Shown here piece by piece: positions 1 through 9,753 of a stretch of DNA of 64,000 nucleotides (positions within the stretch are counted from its first letter, which is position 1; each line of letters starts with the position of its first letter). The stretch spans positions 160,001 to 224,000 of the forward strand of contig JAVRCV020000049.1 in NCBI GenBank assembly GCA_034530615.2, read 5' to 3'. Below the pieces are notes generated by a model, which searched no databases, was not told the origin of the DNA, and saw only the letters and a list, made by a program, of their open reading frames with translations. This stretch comes from Aulosira sp. ZfuVER01 (GTDB taxonomy: Bacteria > Cyanobacteriota > Cyanobacteriia > Cyanobacteriales > Nostocaceae). A program made the position numbers and the translations under genes.

Positions 1-1
1 T

Positions 2-985
2 GCTAGTAAAGGATTAATCTATGGAGCAGATTGCGGCACTTTAAATTTACAATCCAATCCTGAGCTAGCCAAGGTTGTAGCTAGAGAGTGTGCCATGTTA
101 GTGGCAGGGTTTCTTAAGTGGAATCTCATACGTCCCTCGGCCAATAGTTTTAATTTTAAAAGAGGCGATTGGTTTGCAGAATTTGCTCGCCAACAAGGTA
201 TGTTGCTGCGCGGACACACTTTAGTATGGTATCAATCTTTGCCTTCCTGGTTTAAGGAGACAGTTAATCATCAAAATGCCCAGCAGTTTTTGACACAACA
301 TATTCAGAAAGTAGTCGGTCATTATGCCGGACAAATGCACTCTTGGGATGTCGTAAATGAAGCAATTGACCCAAAAGATGGTAGATCTGATGGTTTGCGC
401 AATAGTCCTTGGCTAAAGTTATTAGGAAAAGATTATATAGAATATGCTTTTCGCTTGGCGGCAGAAGTAGATCCCAAAGCTTTATTGGTTTACAACGACT
501 ATGCAATAGAATATGACACCCCAGAAGATGAAGCTAAAAGAAATGCTGTTTTAAAGTTACTAGAGCGTTTGAAATCGCGGGAAGTGCCAATTCATGCATT
601 AGGAATTCAGTCTCACTTAGATCCTCATGGCAAGAAGTTTAACTCTAAAAAGTTACAGACTTTTCTCAGTCGTGTTGCTGATATGGGGTTGAAAATTATG
701 ATTACTGAGTTGGATGTTATAGACAAAAAACTGCCTTTAGATACTCGTATACGCGATCGCTTTGTGGCTGCAACTTATGAAGATTATTTGGCGGCAGTAT
801 TGCAAGAGCCAGCAGTCATAGCTGTACTCAGTTGGGGAATTAGCGATCGCTATACTTGGCTAGCAGAGTATTTTCGCCGTGCTGATGGTGCGGCGGTGAG
901 ACCTTTACCACTAGATGCCAATCTCAAACCTAAATTGGCATGGAATGCGATCGCTAGAGCTTTTGATCGTGCCCCTAAACGCTAA
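2..985 (+). CDS. Glycoside hydrolase family 10 (endo-1,4-beta-xylanase-like), 5'-truncated by the window edge
   Basis: Frame is open from position 2 (ASKGLIYGADCG...) into the 95..985 ORF. GH10 motifs: RGHTLVW, WDVVNE (acid/base), YNDY, GIQSH, ITELD (nucleophile). Confidence 0.9.
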   Translation, partial: ASKGLIYGADCGTLNLQSNPELAKVVARECAMLVAGFLKWNLIRPSANSFNFKRGDWFAEFARQQGMLLRGHTLVWYQSLPSWFKETVNHQNAQQFLTQHIQKVVGHYAGQMHSWDVVNEAIDPKDGRSDGLRNSPWLKLLGKDYIEYAFRLAAEVDPKALLVYNDYAIEYDTPEDEAKRNAVLKLLERLKSREVPIHALGIQSHLDPHGKKFNSKKLQTFLSRVADMGLKIMITELDVIDKKLPLDTRIRDRFVAATYEDYLAAVLQEPAVIAVLSWGISDRYTWLAEYFRRADGAAVRPLPLDANLKPKLAWNAIARAFDRAPKR

Positions 986-1176
986 GGTCAGTATTTTCAT
1001 CAATATAAACAAAGCCTTATAGATAACTTCATAGTTTTTTAATCTGATTAGTATATACTACTCATGAATAGTATTATTAATTGCAATAGTAATGCTTCAT
1101 GAAAACTTTAAGTAAGTAATTTTTGTATCTACTGCCTGAAACCTAAACTTTTTAAAATTCTATCTTGGAAAGAGCT

Positions 1177-3393
1177 ATGGAATCTAGAGAATCTATTGAT
1201 TTCGACTTGGGTCGTTACTTATCGATAGTGAAACGGCAATTTATACCTGCTGTCACTGTCTTTGCGACTACAGTAGCTCTCAGCGCTGTAGCTACAACAT
1301 TTCTGAAGCCAACCTATGAAGCAGAAGGCAAATTACTATTTAAAACTCCCTCTTTTAACGTAGTTGGATCTAATCTCCTACCTAGTGACTCTGAAGGAGG
1401 AGCATCGGGAGATTTAAAGCCTCTGGTTTCAACTCAGAATCCTATCAGTACACAAATAGAAGTTATTTCTTCGCCTATTTTGTTGCAACGGACAATAGAC
1501 GAACTAAAACTTAAAAATGAGGAAGGCGAACCACTAACAACAGAAGCACTGAAAAAAGCTATAACTCTAAAAATTGTTGGTGGTACAGATGTGTTGCTAG
1601 TTAGCTATAAAAGCCCTAACCCCGAAGAGGCGGCGGCAGTAGTCAACACCATCATGAATCTCTACTTGGAGAATGATATTCTCACAAATCGTGGCGAAGC
1701 AGAAGCAACTCGGAAATTTATGGCCAGGCAGCTGCCTAGCACTAAAAATGCTGTTCAAGAGGCAGAAGCAGCGCTACGCATATTTAAACAAAAATATAAT
1801 GTTGTCGACTTAACTGAAGAAACTAGGTCAGCAGTTGCAATTATTGGCAATTTAGATAGCGGGATCAATGCTGTAAAAGCGGATTTAGACCAAGCTACTG
1901 CTCAAACTAATGAACTGCGCAAGAAAGTAGCTCTCAGTTCACAAGAAGCCCTATCTGCAAGTAGTCTGAGTCAGTCACCCGCAGTCCAAGGAATTCTCAC
2001 ACAACTTCAAGAGGTAGATCGACAGTTAGCTACTGAACGCAGCCGTTTCCAAGATGAAAACCCTGTAATTGTTAACTTAGAAGCCAGGAAAGCAAACCTC
2101 CAAGCCCTGCTAAAACAAGAAGTTGGGCAGAATGGTGGCACTCTAGCTAATCTTCAGCAGCCAAAAACATTACAGATTGGGCCAACTAAGCAAGACCTCA
2201 TCAAAGAATTTCTGCAATCTGAAGTTCAACGCCAAGGTTTAGGGCAAAAACTGAGTTCTTTGTATAATTCTCGAAATATTTACGCGCAACGGGTAAAAGT
2301 TATACCTCAGTTGGAACAACAACAACGGGAACTACAACGGAGGCTAGAAGTTGCCCAATCTACTTACCAGACCCTCTTGAAAAAGGTTCAAGAATTACAA
2401 GTAGCGGAAAATAATAATACACCTAATGCGCGGATTATTGCTAAAGGTTTAGTTCCGACCAAGCCAGCACTAGGAGTAAAACCCTTCGTGTTAGTATTAG
2501 GCATTTTGTTAGGTACCTTTTTAGCGACTACTGCGGTTATCTTCTTAGAAACCAGAGACAGATCTCTCAAAACACTTAAGCAAATTAGAGAGGTATTTGG
2601 ATATACCTTATTGGGGATAGTTCCCTCATCTACTAAAAAGCTTCGTTCCCGTAATCGAGAGACAGAATTTATCAATTCAGAAATTGCTGTTATAGATACG
2701 CCTCACTCTTTAACTAGCGAAATTTACCGCATGATTCAGGCCAATCTGAGATTTTTAAGTTCCGATAAGGTACTGAAAACGATTGTGGTAAGTAGTGCAG
2801 TACCCAAAGAAGGTAAGTCTACAGTTTCTGCTAACTTAGCAGCCGCGATCGCTCAACTCGGACGACGTGTTTTACTAATAGATGCAGATATGCGAGTTCC
2901 TTCTCAGCATCATCTCTGGCAATTAACCAATGCAGCAGGTTTGAGCGACGTACTTGTTGGTGAGGCTGAATTTAAAACTGTTGTTTGTAACGTTATCGAG
3001 AATCTTGATGTCTTAACTGCTGGCGTTAGACCTCCTAATCCACTGGCTTTGTTAGATTCCAAACGGATGGCATCGTTAATTCAAGACTTTTCTAGCCAAT
3101 ATGATTTTGTCATTATTGATGCCCCGCCTTTGCTCCTTGGTGCTGACGCTGTAACTTTAAGCCACATGACCGATGGAATTTTGTTAGTAGCTCGTCCAGG
3201 GGTAATTGATTCCAACAGTGCTAATCATGCTAAAGAGATGTTAGAGCGCTCCGGCCACAACGTCTTAGGTTTGTTGGTCAATGGCATAGATGAGAAACAT
3301 GAGGGTACCAATGATTTTTATCATGCCAAAGAATACTTTAGTGCTGACAGAATCCCAACAGAATCAAGAATTCAAGCCAGGATACTTAATTAG
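1177..3393 (+). CDS. wzc: Wzc/GumC-family polysaccharide co-polymerase with C-terminal BY-kinase domain
   Basis: N-terminal TM, long coiled-coil periplasmic region, second TM (FVLVLGILLGTFLA), Walker A PKEGKST, A' VLLIDAD, B VIIDAPP. ATG at 1177 preferred over TTG at 1165. Confidence 0.9.
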   Translation: MESRESIDFDLGRYLSIVKRQFIPAVTVFATTVALSAVATTFLKPTYEAEGKLLFKTPSFNVVGSNLLPSDSEGGASGDLKPLVSTQNPISTQIEVISSPILLQRTIDELKLKNEEGEPLTTEALKKAITLKIVGGTDVLLVSYKSPNPEEAAAVVNTIMNLYLENDILTNRGEAEATRKFMARQLPSTKNAVQEAEAALRIFKQKYNVVDLTEETRSAVAIIGNLDSGINAVKADLDQATAQTNELRKKVALSSQEALSASSLSQSPAVQGILTQLQEVDRQLATERSRFQDENPVIVNLEARKANLQALLKQEVGQNGGTLANLQQPKTLQIGPTKQDLIKEFLQSEVQRQGLGQKLSSLYNSRNIYAQRVKVIPQLEQQQRELQRRLEVAQSTYQTLLKKVQELQVAENNNTPNARIIAKGLVPTKPALGVKPFVLVLGILLGTFLATTAVIFLETRDRSLKTLKQIREVFGYTLLGIVPSSTKKLRSRNRETEFINSEIAVIDTPHSLTSEIYRMIQANLRFLSSDKVLKTIVVSSAVPKEGKSTVSANLAAAIAQLGRRVLLIDADMRVPSQHHLWQLTNAAGLSDVLVGEAEFKTVVCNVIENLDVLTAGVRPPNPLALLDSKRMASLIQDFSSQYDFVIIDAPPLLLGADAVTLSHMTDGILLVARPGVIDSNSANHAKEMLERSGHNVLGLLVNGIDEKHEGTNDFYHAKEYFSADRIPTESRIQARILN

Positions 3394-3449
3394 CTTCATA
3401 GCTTTGGGATCTCTCTGCTAGTAACTTTTAAAACATAATCAATTTCATC

Positions 3450-3485
3450 GCTGAGACTGTAATTTTTTGCAGTCTCAGCTTTTTT
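3450..3485 (+). terminator. Intrinsic terminator after wzc
   Basis: GCTGAGACTGTAA / TTGCAGTCTCAGC stem followed by a T-run. Confidence 0.75.
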
Positions 3486-3750
3486 AGGTTTATTTCTTGT
3501 TATTTGACTATAGATGATGACGTGGCGAAACTTCATTTTGAGAGGGTTTCGCCACAATTTAATGGTGGAAGATCTACCTCAACATTGCTGTTCCTGCTCC
3601 TGGCGTTCACAATCAAGCAATATTCTTCCAGATTTTTGCGGAATGTATCATACTACTCTGGAAGTCAATGTTGCGATTTAAACTTTAGCAATTGCTACCT
3701 ACTTCAATGGTTAGCGCTAGGATATCTATGTCTTTTTTCGCAGTATAAAT

Positions 3751-5400
3751 ATGGCGCAAAATTTTTACGTAAATCCAGGGACTGGCAGTGATAGCAACGC
3801 TGGTAGCCAACAAGCACCCTTCAAAACGATTGCCCAAGCCCTCAAGGTTGCTACTCCAGGCAGCAAAATTCAACTGGCAGACGGTAATTACAATGCAACT
3901 ACTGGTGAAGTCTTCCCTCTAACTGTTCCATCTGACGTTACAGTAGTGGGTAACGAAGCCAACAAAGGCAGCAGCGTTGTGATTGAAGGTAGCGGTAACT
4001 ACCTCAGCCGTACATTTGCTGGACAAAACGTTACCTTCGTCCTACTCAATGGTGCACAACTGCGGGGAGTCAGTGTAACAAATAAAGCTAGCCGTGGTTC
4101 TGCTGTCTGGGTTGAATCCAGTACCCCCACCGTTGCCAATAGTACCTTCAGCAATTCCAACCGCGAAGGAGTCTTTGCTACTGGCGATGCTAATCCAGTT
4201 ATTCTCGGTAATGTGTTCTCAGAGAATGCTGCCAATGGTGTTTCAATAGCTAAAAATTCCAAAGGGGAAATTAAAGGTAATACCTTCTTCAAAACAGGTT
4301 ATGGTATTGCCATTAGTGATACTGCATCACCCACCATTGTAGATAACAAAATTTCCGAAAACCGTTCTGGGATTGTTGTCTCTGGTACTGCGCGTCCGAT
4401 TCTGCGTAATAATATCAGTGAAAAAAATACAGATGATGGTCTCACAGTGATTGCAAGTGCCTTCCCAGATTTGGGTAGTGCTGATAATCCAGGAGGTAAC
4501 GTCCTACGCAACAACGGTAAGTTTGATTTGCAAAATGCTGGTAGCAACACACTGATTTCTGTCGGCAATCAAATAGATCCGACTAAAATATCGGGCAAAA
4601 TTGAGTTTGCTTCTACGCCGATCCCTACGCCAACACCAACTCCCACGCCAACTCCTATACCTGTACCTACGCCAACACCAACTCCTACGCCTACGCCAGG
4701 GCCTACACCTACTCCTATACCTGTACCTGTACCAACACCTACGCCTACCCCTACACCAACACCTACGCCTACCCCTACACCTACGCCTACCCCTACACCT
4801 ACACCTACGCCTACGCCAGCACCCAGCGACTTAACAGACATTGGTAATCATTGGGCAGCTGCATTTATTCGAGAACTAGTCAAACAGGGCATAGTTAGCG
4901 GTTTTCCCAATCGCACATTTAAACCCGATGCTACGATGACAAGGGCACAATATGCTGCCTTACTAGTCAAAGCTTTCAACCCATCCCCAAACCGTGCAGC
5001 TACCAAATTCAAAGATGTGCCAGCAGACTTTTGGGCAGCAAAGGTAATTCAGCAAGCATATCAAGGTTTGTTTCTCTCGGGTTTTCCTGATGGTAGCTTC
5101 CACCCCAACCAAAATATCCAGCGCGTGCAAGTTATAGTCTCTCTGGTAAATGGATTGGGATTATCTGGTAGTGGTACAACTGCTTACAAATTTGACGATC
5201 AAGCCAAGATTCCTGACTATGCCAAGGATGAAGTAGCAAAAGCGATAGATAAGCGGATTATTGTCAATTATCCGAATCCAAAACAACTCAACCCTACCCG
5301 CGATGCTACACGCGCTGAGGTAGCGGCGATAGTTTATCAAGCTTTAGTAGATGCAGATCGTGTAGCGGCGATTAACTCGCCTTATATCGTAGTTGGTTAA
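3751..5400 (+). CDS. DUF1565/parallel beta-helix protein with Pro-Thr linker and C-terminal S-layer homology (SLH) domains
   Basis: N-term [23 protein letters not shown], Asn/Gly-rich beta-helix repeats, (PT)n linker, SLH motifs ([26 protein letters not shown]). Confidence 0.85.
   Translation: MAQNFYVNPGTGSDSNAGSQQAPFKTIAQALKVATPGSKIQLADGNYNATTGEVFPLTVPSDVTVVGNEANKGSSVVIEGSGNYLSRTFAGQNVTFVLLNGAQLRGVSVTNKASRGSAVWVESSTPTVANSTFSNSNREGVFATGDANPVILGNVFSENAANGVSIAKNSKGEIKGNTFFKTGYGIAISDTASPTIVDNKISENRSGIVVSGTARPILRNNISEKNTDDGLTVIASAFPDLGSADNPGGNVLRNNGKFDLQNAGSNTLISVGNQIDPTKISGKIEFASTPIPTPTPTPTPTPIPVPTPTPTPTPTPGPTPTPIPVPVPTPTPTPTPTPTPTPTPTPTPTPTPTPTPAPSDLTDIGNHWAAAFIRELVKQGIVSGFPNRTFKPDATMTRAQYAALLVKAFNPSPNRAATKFKDVPADFWAAKVIQQAYQGLFLSGFPDGSFHPNQNIQRVQVIVSLVNGLGLSGSGTTAYKFDDQAKIPDYAKDEVAKAIDKRIIVNYPNPKQLNPTRDATRAEVAAIVYQALVDADRVAAINSPYIVVG
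4615..4822 (+). repeat. Coding hexamer tandem repeat (Pro-Thr linker)
   Basis: ACNCCN hexamers encoding roughly 70 aa of PTPTPT... Confidence 0.9.
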
Positions 5401-5405
5401 TTTCT

Positions 5406-5471
5406 ATACATAGCCGACAGGTTAAAGCCTGCGGCTATACGAACTCAAGGGCGGGAAAACCCCGCCCCTAC
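5406..5471. repeat. Two adjacent palindromes (REP-like); possible terminator
   Basis: ATAGCCG...CGGCTAT hairpin, then GGGCGGG-AAAAC-CCCGCCC-CTAC (GTAG-type REP end on the minus strand). Confidence 0.6.
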
Positions 5472-5506
5472 AAATGCATCTCTCGAATTATTTTTAAAGT
5501 TTTAGA

Positions 5507-5730
5507 TTACACTAATTCCTCTGGGTTAACATTTAATTGTTTTAGTTGAGCAGTCAAGTGTTGCGATCGCTCCCATCCTGTCAGCAGCAAATTACCGTGA
5601 TTATCCCACTAACGCAACCAAGGCAATTCTAAATTCTGATAGAGACCTTGCCAAATTCCTAATTCCACACCCATCGGTTCAATGGGGTAATGTCCTTATC
5701 GTAAACATCGCTCGCTTTTCACTTTATCCA
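5507..5730 (-). pseudogene. Uma2 (DUF820)-family endonuclease C-terminal remnant
   Basis: Manual translation 5695->5507: GHYPIEPMGVELGIWQGLYQNLELPWLR*WDNHGNLLLTGWERSQHLTAQLKQLNVNPEELV*. In-frame TAG at 5611-5609 where Uma2 proteins have WLRWWD; the N-terminal part is missing. Confidence 0.75.
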
Positions 5731-5738
5731 GATTATCC

Positions 5739-6143
5739 TTATGTGATCGTCCAATTCTCTAAATTAATTCCTTGAATTCTCAATAAATCAGAATCATTAG
5801 AAACTAGAATTAAGCCCCGTATAATTGCTGTAACTGCAATCAATATATCTTGTTCTTGTATGGTCAAACCCCTGCGTTGTAAATCGACATGAATTTGGCA
5901 GGCTTGTTCAATAATATCTATATCATCCAAAAATAAAATTTCATATCTTTCCTGAAATTGCTCAAATTCCGCTAGCTGTTTTGTAGCATTTGCATATAAA
6001 AGTCCTCTTTTAACTTCATAATAAGTTATGCAACTAATGAATATTTTTTGCCCTGCAATATTGGCATTACGTAATCTCTTCTCAACAGTTGTGTGTCTTT
6101 TAAGAATGTAACTAACAATATTTGTATCTAGTAAATAAGTCAC
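5739..6143 (-). CDS. vapC: PIN-domain (VapC-like) ribonuclease toxin
   Basis: YLLDTNIVS, ITYYEVKRG, DILIAVTA, LVSND acidic PIN motifs. Confidence 0.9.
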   Translation of the reverse strand: MTYLLDTNIVSYILKRHTTVEKRLRNANIAGQKIFISCITYYEVKRGLLYANATKQLAEFEQFQERYEILFLDDIDIIEQACQIHVDLQRRGLTIQEQDILIAVTAIIRGLILVSNDSDLLRIQGINLENWTIT

Positions 6144-6148
6144 TTTGT

Positions 6149-6355
6149 TTATTTGCGCTTTACTGCTTCATCGTACATTTTGATTTGTTCTGGGGTCAAA
6201 TCATTTAACGTACCAGAGACAGCCTCTAAAACGAGAATTTTATCAATTCTATTTGTTAAATCACCATCTTTAATCGCTTGCATTTCCTCTAGAGAAAGCT
6301 TGCCAAACAGGTCTACTAGCATTTCAATCATTTCCCATTTTTTTAATTTCACCAA
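6149..6355 (-). CDS. Small protein, probable antitoxin of the adjacent PIN toxin (start uncertain; ATG alternative at 6331)
   Basis: 68-aa ORF ending 5 bp upstream of the PIN gene, same strand. Confidence 0.65.
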   Translation of the reverse strand: MVKLKKWEMIEMLVDLFGKLSLEEMQAIKDGDLTNRIDKILVLEAVSGTLNDLTPEQIKMYDEAVKRK

Positions 6356-6624
6356 ATATAAGCTATTTTTTTAAATAGGTTGTCTACTATTGGTGAGATG
6401 CGATTTAAAAGTTCTTGATTGTAGCTAGATATTTCTTGCATAATTATTACCAAATTATTCCATATCACGTAATTATTCTAGCAGGGTGACTTAGTTGTAT
6501 ATTGCCTAGGCAACCAAACCGACAGATGGAATTTAACGAATCTTTATCTCCGTTACGTATTTATTTGGTAGCAACCAGCCAAAAAAGCAAATAAGCTGAA
6601 AAAAGTTATTAAGAGTTCAAAAGC

Positions 6625-6828
6625 GTGGATATCATTCAAAATCTCAATGAAGCAGCTGCCTTTGCCACAGTAGGGGCAATAGTTGGCGTTACGGTATACC
6701 ACAGTATTGGAGGTGCTGGTTTAGCAATTGGAGGAACTGCTTATGCAATAGGTTTAGTAGGATTCGCTGGAACTGGTGCTGTTGGTGGATTAGCTGTTTA
6801 CAGTATGAAAAAGTCAGTCCTTGGTTAA
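6625..6828 (+). CDS. Small Gly/Ala-rich hydrophobic protein (glycine-zipper-like)
   Basis: 67 aa, GTG start, repeated small-xxx-small motifs, basic C-terminus. Confidence 0.6.
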   Translation: MDIIQNLNEAAAFATVGAIVGVTVYHSIGGAGLAIGGTAYAIGLVGFAGTGAVGGLAVYSMKKSVLG

Positions 6829-6928
6829 TGAAGCTTTGCTGTTAAAGAATTTTTTAGCTTTACTATTGAGTTGATTCGCAGCATGAATTTCCAATTACTT
6901 TCTTTACAACTTTTTTAAGGATAATGTA

Positions 6929-7261
6929 ATGATATTTGATATATATAAGCTTACTAAAGAAATTATCAAAGATACTAATGAGATATTCGGACATAGTCAT
7001 AAAGATGATTTGGGAGAAACAGTTTTACGTGACAGCCATAACCGAGAATGGAAAGTAAAAGTACGCTATTCAAGCAAACGAGGACGTTATCTTAAAATTT
7101 ATTCCTACCCAGATGGCAAGAAAAAGCTCAGAGCATCAGCCGATCAATATAAATATTATTTACGAATTACTCCTGATGAATGGGAATGGTTTTGTCGGGC
7201 AGCAGAAGGGCTACAGAATTCTCAGGTTACGGCTGTTTTAGACAGGTTAGTAGGAATATAG
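6929..7261 (+). CDS. Hypothetical basic protein, 110 aa
   Basis: ATG preceded by AAGGA; clean ORF; no family confidently recognised. Confidence 0.7.
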   Translation: MIFDIYKLTKEIIKDTNEIFGHSHKDDLGETVLRDSHNREWKVKVRYSSKRGRYLKIYSYPDGKKKLRASADQYKYYLRITPDEWEWFCRAAEGLQNSQVTAVLDRLVGI

Positions 7262-7265
7262 GGCA

Positions 7266-7355
7266 ACAGCAATCTCAAAATTAGTTGCGATAAAGGGGTA
7301 GGGGCACAGCATTGCTGTGCCCTATTGTGTATTACAACCAAACGAAAACTCTATA
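7266..7355. repeat. Degenerate MITE-like element with internal GTAG-type REP palindrome
   Basis: GTAGGGGCACAGCA-T-TGCTGTGCCCTA at 7298-7324, flanked by weakly complementary ends. Confidence 0.45.
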
Positions 7356-7388
7356 TTTGAATTGGTATAATTCTCAGTTTGAATCTGC

Positions 7389-7417
7389 AAAAAAAAGGGC
7401 GGGCAAGATGCCCACCC
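7389..7417 (-). terminator. Intrinsic terminator for tkt
   Basis: Minus-strand RNA GGGUGGGCA-UCU-UGCCCGCCC followed by 8 U. Confidence 0.75.
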
Positions 7418-7450
7418 CACAAGAAAATTAAGAGAATATTCTGTTACTAA

Positions 7451-9463
7451 TTAACCCAACAATGCTTTTGCTTTAGCTAACACATTCTCAACGCTAAAGC
7501 CAAACTTCTCTAAACAAACGTTGCCAGGAGCAGAAGCACCAAAGCGATCGATGCTGACAACATCGCCTTCGGTTCCGACATACTTGTGCCAGCCGAAACT
7601 AGAACCAGCTTCTACAGACAAGCGCTTGGTGACAGCTTTTGGTAGGACAGATTCTTTGTAAGCTGCATCTTGTGCTTCAAACAAATCCCATGCAGGTAAG
7701 GAAACTACACGCACTTTCTTACCTTCGGCGGTGAGTTTTTCCGCAGCAGTGACAGCGAGGCTCAATTCTGAACCAGTACCAATGAGGATAATATCTGGTG
7801 TACCTTGGCTATCCACTACTATATATCCACCCTTGGTTACACCTTCAATTGATGTACCTGCCAAGTTGGGGACATTTTGACGGGTGAACGCCAACAAAGT
7901 AGGAGCATTTGCCTTTGCTCTCTCAATTGCCACTTTGTATGCACCGGAAGTTTCTGTTCCGTCTGCGGGGCGAATCACTGTGAGGTTAGGAATAGCACGC
8001 AGGGAAGCCAGTGTTTCTATGGGTTGGTGGGTGGGGCCGTCTTCACCTTGTCCAATAGAGTCGTGGGTCATTACCCAAATACCACCGGCTTGAGACAAGG
8101 CAGATAAGCGGATGGGTGCCCGCATATAATCTGTGAAGATTAAGAAGGTAGCGCCGTAGGGAATTAAGCCCGAACCGTGCAACGCTATACCATTGACAAT
8201 TGCACCCATACCATGTTCCCGTACACCATAGTGGATGTTGGGGTTTTGGTATTGTCCTTTTTGGAAGTCGCCCTTACCCTTGATCTCGGTCAAGTTGGAG
8301 TGGGTTAAGTCAGCAGAACCACCAATAAGTTCAGGTAAAACTGCCGCTATTTTGTTGAGGCAAGTTTCTGAGTGTTTGCGGGTAGGTAGTCCTTTGTCTT
8401 CGGGGGTGTAGGTGGGTAGTACTTTATCCCAACCGTCAGGTAGTTTGCCACTGAGGTAACGTTCAAATTCAGCGGCTTCTTGGGGATACTTAGCTTTGTA
8501 CTCAGCATAAGCCTTGTTCCAGTCAGCTTCGTAGCCTGCGCCACGCTCAACTGCTTTGCGGGTGTGGTTGAGAGCGTCTTGAGGAACAACAAAAGGCTCG
8601 TATTCCCAACCCAAGTTTTTCCGAGTTAATGCTACTTCGTCTGTACCCAAGGCAGCACCGTGAACACCAGCGGTGTTGGCTTTGTTGGGGGAACCGTAAC
8701 CGATGGTAGTTGTGACCTTAATAAAAGAAGGCTTATCGGTGACAGCTTTGGCTGCTTCAATTGCTTTAGCGATCGCATCTAAATCGGTGTTACCATCTTC
8801 AACGTGTTGGACGTGCCAACCGTAGGCTTCAAACCGCTTAGAAACATCTTCGGTGAACGCTACATCTGTAGAACCATCGATGGAGATGTGGTTGTCGTCG
8901 TACAGAGCGATGAGTTTGCCTAATCCCAAGTGCCCAGCGAAAGAACAAGCTTCACCAGAAACGCCTTCCATGTTGCAACCATCACCCAAAATTACGTAGG
9001 TGTAATGGTCAACTATTTTGGCATCGGGTTTGTTGAATTTAGCTGCAAGGTGGGCTTCTGCGATTGCAAAACCAACTCCATTGGCAATTCCTTGACCGAG
9101 TGGCCCGGTAGTAACTTCTACACCAGGAGTCATGAAGTTTTCTGGGTGTCCGGGGGTTTTGGATTCCCACTGACGGAATTGCTTGATGTCCTCAATAGTT
9201 ACGCTGTCGTAACCATAGAGGTAGAGCAGGGCATACTGCAACATGGAGCCGTGCCCAGCAGATAAAATAAAGCGATCGCGGTTAAACCAGTGGGGATTCT
9301 TGGGGTTAAACCGCATAAAGCGGTCCCAAACGACAAAAGCCATCGGAGCAGCGCCCATCGGCAGCCCTGGGTGTCCCGATTTTGCTTTTTCTACGGCATC
9401 AATAGCCAAAAAGCGAATCGAGTTAATAGATAGTTCTTCGAGGGATTGGGTTGCAACAGCCAT
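7451..9463 (-). CDS. tkt: Transketolase
   Basis: [31 protein letters not shown]-binding motif, [11 protein letters not shown]. Confidence 0.98.
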   Translation of the reverse strand: MAVATQSLEELSINSIRFLAIDAVEKAKSGHPGLPMGAAPMAFVVWDRFMRFNPKNPHWFNRDRFILSAGHGSMLQYALLYLYGYDSVTIEDIKQFRQWESKTPGHPENFMTPGVEVTTGPLGQGIANGVGFAIAEAHLAAKFNKPDAKIVDHYTYVILGDGCNMEGVSGEACSFAGHLGLGKLIALYDDNHISIDGSTDVAFTEDVSKRFEAYGWHVQHVEDGNTDLDAIAKAIEAAKAVTDKPSFIKVTTTIGYGSPNKANTAGVHGAALGTDEVALTRKNLGWEYEPFVVPQDALNHTRKAVERGAGYEADWNKAYAEYKAKYPQEAAEFERYLSGKLPDGWDKVLPTYTPEDKGLPTRKHSETCLNKIAAVLPELIGGSADLTHSNLTEIKGKGDFQKGQYQNPNIHYGVREHGMGAIVNGIALHGSGLIPYGATFLIFTDYMRAPIRLSALSQAGGIWVMTHDSIGQGEDGPTHQPIETLASLRAIPNLTVIRPADGTETSGAYKVAIERAKANAPTLLAFTRQNVPNLAGTSIEGVTKGGYIVVDSQGTPDIILIGTGSELSLAVTAAEKLTAEGKKVRVVSLPAWDLFEAQDAAYKESVLPKAVTKRLSVEAGSSFGWHKYVGTEGDVVSIDRFGASAPGNVCLEKFGFSVENVLAKAKALLG

Positions 9464-9753
9464 AATCTCTTGTTGTTAACGACGGGTTAGCACTCTTGGT
9501 AGCTCACTTACCGGGGAGGCAAAAAGGGGCGTGGATTTTCCTTTCCCTTTATTGCCGTGTTGTTTTCACATTCCCCCTATCTTCATCATCCCATTCCCGA
9601 TTGTTGATGGACAAGCGGGATATGTTGAGTTTCCGGTGATAAATCCAGCTAATAATTGGGTCGTTTTGAACCCTTAGTTTAGTTGGAAATGACATCTAAG
9701 ACACTTTTCCCAGCTATTTCAGCAGCGTGACCAGCTGCTCGATGGGGAATTTT

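Noticed and set aside
3646..3657. GTA...TAC resembling an NtcA site upstream of the SLH protein
   Set aside because: Spacing is N6, not the N8 required.
4569..4841. (GV)n ORF on the minus strand and Leu/His/Arg-rich ORF 4601-4834
   Set aside because: Shadow frames of the Pro-Thr repeat.
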